DNA from: Squalus acanthias
Lineage: Eukaryota
Assembly: GCA_030390025.1 (NCBI GenBank)
Contig: CM059431.1
Span: 100,628,001-100,692,000, forward strand
Direction: 5' to 3'
DNA: 64,000 nucleotides
In this document: positions 25,555 through 37,674 of the stretch, piece after piece
Position numbering within the stretch: the stretch's first letter is position 1
Layout: each line of letters starts with the position of its first letter
The notes under the pieces: generated by a model
Databases searched by the model: none
What the model saw: only the letters and a program-made list of their open reading frames with translations
What the model was told of the DNA's origin: nothing
Position numbers and translations under genes: made by a program

Positions 25555-26620
25555 CCTGTGAGCCTCAGCTCATCTGCTGATGAAACCCTCACCTATGCCA
25601 TTGTTAGCTCTAGACTTGACTATTCCAATGCTCTCCTCGCCAGCCTTCCACCTTGCACCCTCCGTAAACTTGAGCTCATCCAAAACTCTGCTGCCCCCTA
25701 TACTAACTCGCACCAAGTTTCGTTCACCCATCACCCCATGCTTACTGATCTACATTGGCTCCCGGTCCGACAACACCTCATCTTTGTTTTCAAATTCTTC
25801 CATGGTTTTGCCCCTCCCTATCTCTGTGACCGCCTCCAGCCCCACAACCCTCCGAGATCTCTGCGCTCAACCAATTCTGGCCTCTTGTTCATCCCCCATT
25901 TTCATCACTGCATTCGAAACATAGGAACAGGAGGAGGCCATTCAGCCCCTCGAGCCTATTCCGCCATTCAATGAGATCATGGCTGATCTGGGACCTAACT
26001 CCATATACCCACCTTTGCCCCATATCCCTTAATACCTTTGGTTAACAAAAATCTATCAATCTCAGATTTAAAATTAACAATTGATCTAGCATCAATTGCC
26101 ATTTGCGAAAGAGAGTTCCAAACTTCTACCACCCTTTGTGTGTAGAAGTGTTTCCTAACTTCACTCCTGAAAGGTCTGGCTCTAATTTTTAGTCTATGAC
26201 CCCAAGTCCTAGAATCCCCAACCAGCGGAAATAGTTTCTCTCTATCTACCCTATCTGTTCCCCTTAATATCCTGAAACCTTTGATCAGATCACCCCATAA
26301 CCTCCAGGGAATACAACCCTAGTTTGTGTAATCTCTCTTTTAATTTAACCCTTGGAGTCCGGGTATCGTTCTGGTAAATCTACGCTGCACTCCATCCAAG
26401 GCCAACATTGGCAGCCATGCCTTCAGCTGCCTAGCTCTGGAATTCCCTCCCTAAACCTCTCCGCCTCTCTCCTCCTTTAAGACGCTCCTTAAACCTGTAT
26501 CTTTGACCAACCTGTCCTAATAGCCCCTTTTGTGGCTCGGTGTCAAATTTTGTCTGATAACGCTCCTGTGGAAAACCTTGGGACGTTTTACTATGTTAAA
26601 GGCGCCATATAAATGCACTT
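25555..26620 (+). mobile_element. L2 3' fragment interrupted by a CR1 3' end (-, about 25915-26407)
   Basis: SSRLDYSNALL ORF breaks at 25915 into the CR1 tail; L2 resumes at cattggcagccatgccttcagc. Confidence 0.85.
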
Positions 26621-26625
26621 TTCGA

Positions 26626-26721
26626 ACTGCCTCCCATAGTTATTAACAGTGCGAACAGCTGACTGTAGCTGCCTGGAGCCTCCATCAGCTGTTGGCACTG
26701 TTAACAACTACAGGAGGCAGT
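26626..26721. repeat. Inverted repeat: 37-bp arms (33/37 match), 22-nt loop
   Basis: 26626-26662 versus the reverse complement of 26685-26721. Confidence 0.9.
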
Positions 26722-26788
26722 GGAGACTTTGGGCAGTTTCAATCAACTGATAGATTTAACGGACGATCAGGTCAACCTCTGCTACAAT

Positions 26789-27533
26789 GGCCCAGAAATT
26801 GATCTCGCTCTGTTCCCGCGGGGGTAAGCCTTCCCCGCGATGTCTCACCTCGCTTATGCTTTTTCAGATCCAGCTCGCACGAACTTGATGTTCCAGACAT
26901 CAGCTGTGCTGGGCTTGCGTATCCCAGCGGCGTAGTGAATTCGTGCGAGCTGTGGGATCACGTGACTCAGTTAGAGCCAATGGCAGCACACCATCTTCCA
27001 TTCATAAGTCTCACAGCATGGCTGTGAAATCTATGAATCTTACACCCCCCCCAAAATAACAGCTAAACCTCAATTAAATTTAAAAAAAAAACCATCACAT
27101 TAATAAAATAAGTATAGTTAATTAAATTAACCATTTTAAATAAAAAATTAAATTTTTGAAAAAATTTAAAATCTTTTAAAAAGTTATAAAAATAAACTTA
27201 CCTGTCTTTAAAGTCTCTAAAAAAGATATACCTGTAAAAAAAAATTCAAAAAAATACTTAATTCACTACTTACCTTCTTAAAAGCGGGTCTTACTCCTCC
27301 TTTTTACATTTCCAAAATCTTCCCTACTTACCTGCGCGTCCAAAGCATGAAGTGCACAGCGTGCACGCAGCCTGTAGCGCGCACGCGATGCACCCAGGCC
27401 CCGCCCCCTTTTCAGAAGAGCAATTGCCGGTTTTCAGCGCATGCGCAGGGCATGCAGAAAACCGGCAATTGGAGTGGGAATACGCGAGAGTACGCAGTGC
27501 GTACTCTCGCGTCCCGGGATCAATTTTCGGCCC
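26789..27533. mobile_element. Non-autonomous TIR element (Harbinger-like MITE)
   Basis: GGCCCAGAAATTG / CAATTTTCGGCCC termini, AAT on both sides, GC-rich ends, AT-rich core, internal hairpins. Confidence 0.7.
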
Positions 27534-28911
27534 AATGTCTCAGTTCTATTTATGTCTCTGTGGTTCTGTTTATAGCTCTGTTTACATTGCAAAGTGAGAT
27601 GTTGATTGGACGCGGACGCATGATCGGCTTTTAAAAAGCCAGTAATATACTGAACTGAACAAAATAGCCGGCGCATTTAATGGCCCGTAATTTGCGGTCA
27701 GCGGCGAAGCAAAGGCGCTCGCCACTGGCCCCGAAGAAAGTTGCCCACAGAGATCACAAGATCTCTGTGGCAAGAAGGTTACCTTTTTCAATGTGTAACT
27801 GATTGCAGCGCTGTGTAATGGGAATCCCCAGCGAAGAGCAGCAGTGACGTCAACAAGCTGTCTAAGCAGCCAATCGTATTGAAGAATTCTCACAGACAAC
27901 AAACTAGGAAATGAGAAGCTGCTTTTATCCGGACTTTTAAAAATTGTTAGAGAGCGGAACAAAGATTGGGACTCTCAATTGGGGATAAGGTAGACGCTGA
28001 AATATCGTGAACAAACTTTAAAAAAAATTTTTAACGTTTTTTTTAAATTGTAATTTTTATCAAAATGGAGAAATTTGACACTCCACAAATATAAAAATTA
28101 GTTTTTCAGGGCCAGAACGTTTGTTTAGCAGTCAATGCGCTGTTAATACCTGTTTTTTACTCTTATGTGAGAAATAAAAGAATGACCAGGGTGAGGGTAG
28201 GGCCGGTCAAGGACAGTAGTGGGAACTTGTGCATGGAGTCAGAAGAGATAGGAGAGGTGATGAATGAATACTTTTCGTCAGTGTTCACCGAGGAGAGGGG
28301 CCATGTTCTTGAGGATGAGAGTGTGATAAAGGTGGATAGGCTGGAGGTGGTAGATGTTCTGAGGGAAGATGTTTTAGCAATTTTGAAGAACCTGAGGGTC
28401 GATAAGTCCCCTGGGCCAGATGGGATATATCCTAGGATTCTTTGGGAGGCAAGGGAGGAGATTGCAGAGCCTCTGGCTTTGATCTTTGGGTCCTCACTGT
28501 CCACGGGGATGGTGCCAGAGGACTGGAGAGTGGCGAATGTTGTTCCTCTCTTCAAGAAAGGAAATAGGAATGACCCTGGTAATTATAGGCCGGTTAGTCT
28601 TACTTCGGTGGTTGGTAAGATAATGGAAAAGGTCCTGAGGGATAGGATTTATGACCATTTGGAAAGGGGTAACTTAATCAGGGATAGTCAACACGGATTC
28701 GTGAAGGGTAAGTCTTGCCTAACAAATTTGATTGAATTCTTTGAGGAGGTAACTAAGTGTGTAGATGAAGGTAGAGCAGTTGATGTCGTATACATGGATT
28801 TTAGTAAGGCGTTTGATAAGGTTCCCCATGGTCGTCTCATGAAGAAAGTAAGGAGTTGTGGGATAGAGGGAAATTTGGCCGATTGGATAAGTAACTGGCT
28901 ATCTCATAGAA

Positions 28912-29609
28912 TGCACCGCGGCATGGTACATCGGCGAGACCATGCAGACACTGAGACAACGTATGAACGAGCACCGCGCAACAATCGCCAGGCAGGATTG
29001 TTACCTCCCAGTCGGGGAACACTTCAGCAGTCAAGGACATTCAGCCTCGGATCTGCGGGTAAGCGTTCTCCAAGGCAACCTTAGAAACACACGACAACGC
29101 AAAATCATTGAGCAGAAACTGATAGCCAAGTTCCGCACTCATGAAGACGGTCTCAACCGGGATCTTGGGTTTATGTCACGATACATGACGTGATCCGGAC
29201 TCGAGTCGTCGTTGGCTTGTTCACAGATGTGATTCCCAGTAAAAATTTTCCCAGTAAAAAAGTAAAAATTTTAAAGCTTTTCGTTTTACATACAGACGGC
29301 AGCTTTTGACACGTTAGAACCCCTGCGACTACACCTCATTGTCTCAGTTGTATCTTGCTATGTCTTTGATGTGGTACCTTCCTGGCTGACTTAATTAACT
29401 TTATCACACCTCGGCAGATAGTCAGGATGATTTAATTTAGTGGTCTGCAATTGTAAGGTACACATGCTTTGTTCTCTATCTATATATGCTTTGGCGATTC
29501 TGTATCTAATTTACTTCACCTGAGGAAGGAGCAATCGATAGCTCCGAAAGCTTGTGATTTCAAATAAAACTGTTGGACTATAACCTGGTGTTGTGCGACC
29601 TCTCAATTT
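28912..29609 (+). mobile_element. Penelope-like element (family B), 5'-truncated: GIY-YIG C-terminus plus terminal repeat
   Basis: WYIGETMQTLRQRMNEHR...GLNRDLG; 12-bp TSD tatctcatagaa (28900-28911 / 29610-29621). Confidence 0.92.
29516..29557 (+). ncRNA. Minimal type I hammerhead ribozyme motif (family B)
   Basis: tcac-CTGAGGA-A-GGAGC aatcgata GCTCC-GAAA-GC-TT-gtga. Confidence 0.82.
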
Positions 29610-31969
29610 TATCTCATAGAAGGCAGAGGGTGGTGGTGGATGGAACATTTTCGGACTGGAGACCAGTTACCAGCGGTGTGCCACAGGGGTCGGTGCTGGG
29701 TCCTCTGCTGTTTGTGATTTTTATCAATGACTTGGAGGAGGGGACTGAAGGGTGGATCAGTAAATTTGCTGATGACACCAAGATTGGTGGAGTAGTGGAT
29801 GAGGTGGAGGGCAGTTGTAGGCTGCAAAGAGACATTGATAGGATGCAGAGCTGGGCCGAAAAATGGCAGATGGAATTTAACCCTGATAAGTGCGAGGTGA
29901 TTCATTTTGGTAGGGCAAATTTGAATAAGGATTACAGGGTCAACGGCAGGGTTCTGAGGAACGTGGAGGAGCAGAGGGATCTGGGGGTTCATATCCACAG
30001 ATCTCTGAAGGTTGCCACTCAAGTGGATAGAGCAGTAAAGAAGGCCTATGGTGTGTTGGCGTTTATTAACAGAGGGTTTGAGTTTAAGAACCGTGTGGTT
30101 ATGCTGCAACTGTACAGGACCTTGGTGAGACCACATTTGGAATATTGTGTGCAGTTCTGGTCACCTCACTATAGGAAGGACGTGGAAGCATTGGAAAGAG
30201 TGCAAAGGAGATTTACCAGGATGCTGCCTGGTTTGGGGGGGAGGTCTTATGAGGAAAGATTGAGGGAGTTGGGGCTTTTCTCTTTAGAGCGGAGGAGGAT
30301 GAGAGGCGACTTAATAGAGGTTTATAAGATGATGAGGGGGATAGATAGAGTGGATGTTCAGAGACTATTTCCTCGGGTAGAGGCAGCTGTTACAAGGGGG
30401 CATAGCTATAAGGTGCATGTGGGGAGATATAGAAGGGATGTCCGAGGTAGATTCTTTACTCAGAGAGTGGTTGGGGTGTGGAATGGACTGCCTGCTGTGA
30501 TAGTGGAGTCGGACACTTTAGGAACTTTCAAGCGGTTATTGGATAAGCACATGGAGCACACCAGAGTGACAGGGAGTGTGATAGCTTGATCTTGGTCTCG
30601 GACAATGCTCGGCACAACATCGAGGGCCGAAGGGCCTGTACTGTGCTGTACTGTTCTATGTTCTATGTACACCTATTCCAACAAAGCTTAACATTTAATG
30701 GGGTATTTAACAGCGATACTACCGCAGAAAAGCCGATGTTTTTGTCAGTTTCACTGATTTCCCCGATTACCGGCTATGGGATGGGGATGCACAGCGCAGC
30801 CAGTATCGGAGCAGTGAATGACTGACAGCTACATCCTGAAGTTGCGGTCAGTTTCATTGGGGTAATGGCGGCGAACGCTGACAGTTTCCGGGCAAAAATG
30901 TTTTAAATAGCGCCTTTGTAACTGATGCTATGGTAATGGCAAATGCTCAGTGCCATTTGCCCAAAATAGGCGGCTGTTGGGATAAGCAGGGTCAGTGTTA
31001 GTGGTGGGAACTGCGCTATTATGGAGCTTTGCTTCCAAATCACTTCAATGACAAGGTCTGACATCTTTTATTAAGATATGGCTCTTGCGTTTCTTTCAGA
31101 AACCTTCGCTCTAAACCCATACTGTACAAACACTAAAGATATTCTATTTTATTTTTTGAGTTTTGAGCCCTAATAAAGGACTGAGGCCGACACCAGCAAC
31201 ACAAAGAACAAGTGTAAGGAATTTCCGAATATCATCTTAATCATCATATAGAACACAGTTTGGAACATCAATCCTTGGCTCAGGGTCCATGATACTTAAA
31301 CTGAGGAACGAAATGCAAATTGAATTCCAAACTAATTTCTGACCACAGATCATTTGGATAACGATAAAACTATAAATTATTTCTCCGAAACATAAATTGA
31401 AGAGCCAGGGTAATTGCTTCATAGGATCCAAGTTACACCTGTCCAAAGGCCTGACATACTTCCATTGAGAACCTTTGCAATCTGTCCTCTGTCGAAACAG
31501 TCTCTCCCCACCCCAGCTCCTTAAAACTCTTGTTTCAAAGTTAGAAAAACTACCAACTTTTTTAAAATTCTAAATTCAATTTTCCATAAATTAGAACTTT
31601 TAAAAAGAGAAACAGCTGGGGTACAATTTAGCCAAGTAATTATGCTGGCAGAGAACAAGAGGAGTGCCAAATTTCTAATAAGCAACAAGGTATCTAGTGA
31701 ACCAAATAAACACCTCCCTATAAAATCTTTAAGGCTAATCCAGGAGACTATCTAAATACACGGTTACACAAGTCACAGGAGAAAGGATAGACCCGAAACT
31801 ATTTGGAGTTCGGCACATGGATCATCTCTACTTAATTAGTACGAGATTTTCAATAACATATTGTTTTAAATTAGACTTGATAAGAAAATATTTATTTCAT
31901 TTGGCTTAATTACTATGTTTTCATGCTGTTCCCGTCCCTTTCAGTACATGCCAGGTTTCCACTAGTTAC

Positions 31970-32045
31970 CTCGAATTACATAATTGTCCAGTGCCTCTTC
32001 CATTCTCTGCAACGCTTCTGCACGGCTAGCTCCATATGTAACCAA
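31970..32045 (-). CDS. PCCA: PCCA exon (exon 16 equivalent, 76 nt)
   Basis: atttcag|TTG...CGA G|gtaact; encodes [25 protein letters not shown](G). Confidence 0.96.
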
Positions 32046-32304
32046 CTGAAATAGAAGAGTACAAATGGATCGAAGTAATCTGAAGGTACATGTGCTGTAA
32101 ATTTGTTAGAAAAACCCCCCAAAGTTGAACAAACTTATCGGAATATAAATTACTCAACTCATACTCTGCATATTTGGAAAGATCCAGTTTATTTACTTCC
32201 TATTCTATTTAAGAACCTTCAAATGGAGCAATGCAGTGGCATTCAGTGTAGCATGGTACACCTACTCTTACATTGGTTTCATGCTGATGCAGTGTCATTG
32301 TTAG

Positions 32305-32735
32305 TCGTGGCTCAGTGGGTAGCACACTGAGTCAGAAGAACGTGGGTTTGAGTCCCACTCCAAAGACTTGAGCACAAAATCTAGACTGACACTCCCAGTG
32401 CTGCATTGTCGGAGGTGCCGCCTTACGGATGAGACTTTAAACCGAGGCCCCGTCCGCCCTCTCAGGTGGACGTAACAAGATCCCATGGCACTATTTTGAA
32501 GAAGAGCAAGGGAGTTCTCCCTGGTGTCCTGGCCAATATTTATCCCTCAATCAACATCACTTAAACAGATTATCTGGTCATTTTCTCATTGCTGTTTGTG
32601 GGAGCTTGCTGTGCGCAAATTGGCTGCTGCGCTTCCTACATTACAACACTGACTACACTTCAAAAAGTACTTCATTGGCTGTAATGCGCTTCCTGGGGTT
32701 GTGAAAGGTGCTATATAAATGCAAGTTCTTTCTTT
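32305..32735 (+). mobile_element. Deu-domain SINE, near full length
   Basis: tRNA-like head (gtggctcagtggg A box, gggtttgagtccc B box), conserved body, L2-like tail. Confidence 0.88.
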
Positions 32736-33007
32736 TTTCTTTTGAAAGCTGAAAGGTGTTGTCCATGCAGATCCCATAATAGCTAGTCCAGATTAATAAC
32801 TTTCATAACCCACACTGACACACCGGACAGGGGCATTGGTGTTGTGCTGAGTCAAGTAAATGACCACAGGGAAGAACACCCAGTTGGTTTAGCTGAATCA
32901 CGAGTGACTGCCACAAGAAATGGCTTATTCAGCAATTGCAAAGAATCTTTAAGTGTCATTTGAGCACTGCTCAAGCTACAACGATACTTACACAGAACCG
33001 CACTGAG

Positions 33008-33302
33008 GGTGTCAGCTCTGGCTCAGTGATAGCACTCTCGACTCTAAACCGAGGCCTCGTCTGCCCTCTCAGGTGGACGTAAAAGATCCCACGGCCACTA
33101 TTTCGAAGCAATATTTAACCCTCAACCAACCGATTATCTGGTCATTATCACATTGCTGTTTGTGGGAGCTTGCTGTGCACAAATTGGCTGCCGCGTTTCC
33201 TTACATTACAACAGTGACCACACTTCAAAAGTACTTCATTGGCTGTAAAGCGCTGTGGGAAGCCCTGAGGTCGTGAAAGGTGCTACAGAAATGTGAGTCT
33301 TC
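33008..33302 (+). mobile_element. Deu-domain SINE, internally deleted
   Basis: Head, body and tail pieces of the same family. Confidence 0.8.
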
Positions 33303-34008
33303 TTTGTGTATTTACTGTGTATTCTGACCACAATCCTTTAGCGTGGGCTACTTACGACAAACCGGTTACAGAAGTGCACGTCTGTTGCAATGGCCCTACA
33401 AGGATATAACATGGTCATGATCCCCCAAAGAGGAATGCCGATTGTGGTGTCATGACCGGAAGAAACCCAAGCACACAAACATTATAATCCAAAGGGAGAG
33501 GCAGCACCCTGGAGCATTTATGTCTAAGATTTAGCTTAGTGTTGGCTTATTTAATTTTGTGACAGCGCATAAAAGATTAGAAAACAACTACATTCAAAAA
33601 TCATAATCCACCGCACCTTGATATAAAACTGCTTTGCAACAGTTAAGTGATTTGTCTGAGATGGATGTTTGAGGGAGGAGCCCAGCCACTCAATTCAAAC
33701 ACTAACATATTTTGGGATTTGTTCAAATATGTTTTTGATTGGCAGTTTCTTTTTCTCCAAATTTAGAGAATTATTTAAATTTACTTGGCTTGGTCGCTTT
33801 TTAGAAGGTATTTATCAGGCTGCCTTTTTCAAGTTAGAAAGCCTGTCTATGCCTTTATTTAGATATAGTCAGAGCAGATAGCTTCATTGAGTCGCAAGTG
33901 AAGGAAAATACCCGCTATGTAAGATTATCACTTAGCATAGCAGCTACAACTATCTATCTACTACATGAGGAGCAACCTAATCTTAACAGCTACTATAAAA
34001 ATATACCT

Positions 34009-34473
34009 AGCTCAAGGAACAGCACCTCGTCTTTCTATTCGGCACTTTACAGCCTTCTGGACTTAACATCGAGTTCAACAATTTCAGGCTATAAATTGGC
34101 CCCTATATTCTTTCTTTTTTTCCCTCTTGTTTCCTCACATGGTAGCTGTTAATGTTGCTGCCATCATCATTCACACATCATCTAGAGCCATCTTTAGTTT
34201 CTTAACTTGTCCCATTACCTTTTGCCTTACACTATCATCCCTTTTGTCAGTCAATCTCTCCTGCCTTCCATCCCATCACAGACCTTCCCTTTGCTATTTC
34301 CTCCCCTCCTCTGCTTAAAAATCTCTCCTCCCTCACCTTTTCCAGTTCTGACGAAGGGTTCGACCCGAAACGTTAACTCTGTTTCTCTCTCTTCGATGCC
34401 GCCTGACCTGCTGAGTGTTTCCAGCACTTTCTGCTGTTATTTCAGATTTCCAGCATCCGCAGTATTTTGCTAT
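34009..34473 (+). mobile_element. Penelope-like element (family A), 3' fragment
   Basis: Similar to 23443-23890; 15-bp direct repeat tataaaaatatacct (33994-34008 / 34474-34488). Confidence 0.88.
34344..34378 (+). ncRNA. Minimal type I hammerhead ribozyme motif (family A)
   Basis: agtt-CTGACGA-A-GGGT tcg ACCC-GAAA-CG-TT-aact. Confidence 0.82.
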
Positions 34474-34569
34474 TATAAAAATATACCTTGTGTCACTACT
34501 ATTATCAACTTGTTCTTCCACTGTTTAAAAATGTTTTGGCACGCAATACCAAAGTCTAGTGTAGTATTG

Positions 34570-35928
34570 CATAGAATGTACAGCACAGAAACAGGCCATT
34601 CGCCCAACTGGTCCATGCCAGTCTTTATGCTCCACACGAGCCTCCTCCCACCCTACTTCATCTCACCCTATCAGCATAACTTTCTATTCCTTTCTCCCTC
34701 AAGTGTTTATCTAGCTTCCCCTTAAATGTATCTATGCTATTCTCCTCAACTACCCCATGTGATAGCAAGGAAGGCAACAGCCTTCTCTGTTCTAGAGAAA
34801 AGAGCCCCAGCCTGTTCAGTCAGATAGTCGTACCCTCTCAGTTCAGGTGGTAAGCAAATGTGAGGTCATCCACTTTGGACCAAAAAAGAATACAACAGGG
34901 TACTTTCTAAATGGTGAAAAGCTAAAAACAGTTGATGTCCAAAGAGACTTGGGGGCCCAGGTACATAGATCATTAAAATGAACAGGTACAGAAAATAATC
35001 AAAAAGGCTAATGGAATGTTGGCCTTTATATCTAGAGGTCTAGAATACAAGGGGGTAGAAGTTATGCTGCAGCTATACAAAACCCTGGTTAGACCACACC
35101 TGGAGCACTGTGAGCAGTTCTGGGCACCACACCTTAGGAAGGATATATTGGCCTTGGAGGGAGGGCAATGTAGGTTTACCAGAATAATACCCGAATTCAA
35201 GGGTTAAGTTATGAGGAGAGATTACACAAATTAGGGTTTAGAATTTAGACGGTTAAGGGGTGTTCAGATCGAAGTTTTCAAGATATTAAGGGAAACAGAT
35301 GGGATAGATAGAGATAAACTATTTCCGCTGCTTGGGGATTATAGGACTAGAGGTCATAGTCTAGAAATTAGAGCCAGACCCTTCAGGAGTGAAATTAGGA
35401 AACACTAGAAGTTTGGAACTCTCTTCCGCAAACAGCAATTGATGCTCGATCAATTGTTAATTTTAAATCGGAGACTGATAGTTTTTTGTTAACCAAAGAT
35501 ATTAAGAGATATGGGCCAAAGGCGGGTATATGGAGTTAGGTGGCAGATCAGCCATGATCTCACTGAATGGCGGAACAGGCTCGAGGGGTTGAATTGCCTC
35601 CTCCTGTTCCTATGTTCCAAAATTACACAATCTAATCATTCTCTCGGCAAAGAAGTTTCTCCTGAATTCCCTATTGGATTTATTAGTGACCATCTTATAC
35701 TTATGGCCCCTAGTTTTGGTCTCCCCCACAAGTGGAAACATCTTCTCTATGTCTACCCTATCGAACCCCTTCTTAATTTTAAAGACCTCTATTAGGTCAC
35801 CCCTCAGCCTTCTCTGCTCTAGAGAAAAGAGCCCCAGCCTGTTCAGTCAGATAGTCGTACCCTCTCAGCTCAAGCATCATCCTTGCAAATCCTTTTTGCA
35901 CCTTCTCCAGTGCCTCTGTATCCTTTTT
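34570..35928. mobile_element. CR1 cluster: (+) copy at about 34850-35615 within (-) CR1 fragments
   Basis: ORF 35016..35207 LVRPHLEHCEQFWAPH; CR1 3' UTRs in both orientations. Confidence 0.85.
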
Positions 35929-36156
35929 AATTACCTGCTGCCTTCTGAAGACAATTAGGATTAAATGAGATCACAGGATAAATTACAGTAGTTGAAATAA
36001 TCTGTTCGATTCCTCGACACATCTCAAATTTACCTAGAAGTCTGAGCAAGTGAAAACACTCTCTAGTGCATACATAGTCAAGGCTCACTGAACAAAGTAA
36101 TCTGAAACATTGAAGCTAAAAAGATCTAGAGTTAAATAGAAAGCGAGAAAAAGCAA

Positions 36157-36607
36157 GACTTGCATTTCTATAGCGATTTCACGACCACCGGACGTCCCAA
36201 AGTGCTTTACAGCCAATGAAGTATTTTTGAAATATAGTCACTGTTGTAATGTAGGAAATGCGGCAGCCAATTTATGCACTGCAAGCTCCCGCAATGTGAT
36301 AATGACCAGATAATCTATTTTAGTGATGCTGATTGAGGGATAAATATCGGCCAGGACACCGGGGAGAACTTCCCTGCTCGTCTTTGAAATAGTGCCATGG
36401 GATCTTTTACGTCCACCCGAGAAAGCAGTCGGGGCCTCGGTTTAACGCCTCATCTGAAAGACGGCGTCTCCGATAGCGCAGCACTCCCTCAGTACTGCAC
36501 TGGGAGTGTCAGCCTAGATTATGTGATCAAGTCTCTGGAGTGGGACTCGAACCCACAACCTTCTGACTCAGAAGCAAGAGTGCTGCCCTCTGAGCCACGG
36601 CTGACAC
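36157..36607 (-). mobile_element. Deu-domain SINE, full length
   Basis: Reverse complement of the family, with tRNA-like head at 36540-36607. Confidence 0.9.
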
Positions 36608-36732
36608 GAAAAGAAACAATTACAGACACCAATACAAAAGCAAAATACTGCAGATGCTGGAAATCTGAAATAAAAACAGAAAATGCTGGAAACACTCAGC
36701 AGGCCAGGCAGCATCTGTGGAGAGAGAAACAG

Positions 36733-36769
36733 AGTTAGCGTTTCAGGTCGATGACCCTTCGTCAGAACT
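36733..36769 (-). ncRNA. Hammerhead motif (family A), predicted inactive
   Basis: agtt-CTGACGA-A-GGGTC atc GACCT-GAAA-CG-CT-aact; the U16.1 position (36738) is C. Confidence 0.75.
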
Positions 36770-37546
36770 GGAAAAAGCTGGAGATGGAACAGGTTTTTAA
36801 GCAAGTGTAGGGGCAGGGAGAGGGGGGAGGGGAGGAAAGAACAAAAGGGAAGGTCTGTGATAGGATGGAAGGCAGGAGAGATTAAGAGACAAAAGGATGA
36901 TGGTGCAAGGCAAAAGGAGATGGTAAAGGGACAAGTTTAGAAACAAAAGAAGTCTCTAGATGAAGTGTAAATGGCACTGGCAGAATGAAAGACAGCTGCC
37001 ATGTGAGAGAGAGAAAAAAATGGAAAAAAAAGATATGGTCTGAAGTTGTTGAACTCGATGTCGAGTCCAGAAGGCTGTAAAGTGCCTAATCGAAAGATGG
37101 GGTGCTGTTCCTCGAGCTTACGTTGAGCTTCATTGGAACAGTGCTGAGGACGGTGAAGTCAGAGTGGAGTGGAGAATTAAAGTGACAGGCGACCGGAAGC
37201 TTGGGGTCACCCTTACGGACTGAACGGAGGCAAAGCAGTCACCCAATCTGCATTTGGTCTCCCCAATGTAGGGGAGACTGCATCGTGAGCAGCGAATACA
37301 GTATACTAAATTGCAAGAAGTACAAGTAAATCGCTGTTTAACCTGGAAGGCGTGTTTGGGGCCCTGGTTTGTTTCTTAACTTGTCCCATTACTATCTTCT
37401 TTTGCCTTGCACCATCATCCCTTTTGTGTCTTAATCTCTCCTGCCTTCCACCCTATCACAGACCTTCCCTTTTGTTCTTTCCTCCCCTCCCCCCTCTCCC
37501 TGCCCCTACACTTGCTTAAAAACCTGTTCCATCTCCAGCTTTTTCC

Positions 37547-37583
37547 AGTTCTGACGAAGGGTCATCGACCTGAAACGTTAACT
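37547..37583 (+). ncRNA. Minimal type I hammerhead ribozyme motif (family A)
   Basis: agtt-CTGACGA-A-GGGTC atc GACCT-GAAA-CG-TT-aact. Confidence 0.82.
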
Positions 37584-37674
37584 CTGTTTCTCCCTCCACA
37601 GATGCTGCCTGACCTGCTGAGTATTTCCAGCATTTTCTGTTTTAATTACAGACACCAGTAATTGGTAGGAGGAT

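Larger units (their letters stand above)
28151..30668 (+). mobile_element. Young 5'-truncated CR1 LINE with full RT domain, interrupted by a Penelope element
   Basis: ORFs 28167..29084 and 29573..30589 (KSPGPDG, YRPVSLT, QHGF, DFSKAFD, GVPQGSVLGP, FADD) join in frame at ..SNWLSHR/RQRVVV..; (ttctatg)n tail. Confidence 0.96.
27682..30894. mobile_element. Non-autonomous TIR element split by a CR1 insertion (parts 27682-28150 and 30669-30894)
   Basis: GGCCCGTAATTTGCGGTCAGCG / CGCTGACAGTTTCCGGGC imperfect inverted termini. Confidence 0.6.
36632..37643 (-). mobile_element. Penelope-like element (family A) with inverted terminal repeats
   Basis: Minus-strand GIY-YIG 3' part plus terminal repeat (36632-37365), then a plus-strand terminal repeat (37368-37643); 14-bp TSD aattacagacacca (36618-36631 / 37644-37657). 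Confidence 0.9.

Noticed and set aside
28167..29084. 305-aa ORF with a novel C-terminus
   Set aside because: CR1 RT reading out of frame into the Penelope insertion.
32305..32365. tRNA-like A and B boxes
   Set aside because: SINE heads rather than tRNA genes; no full cloverleaf, and followed by the SINE body.
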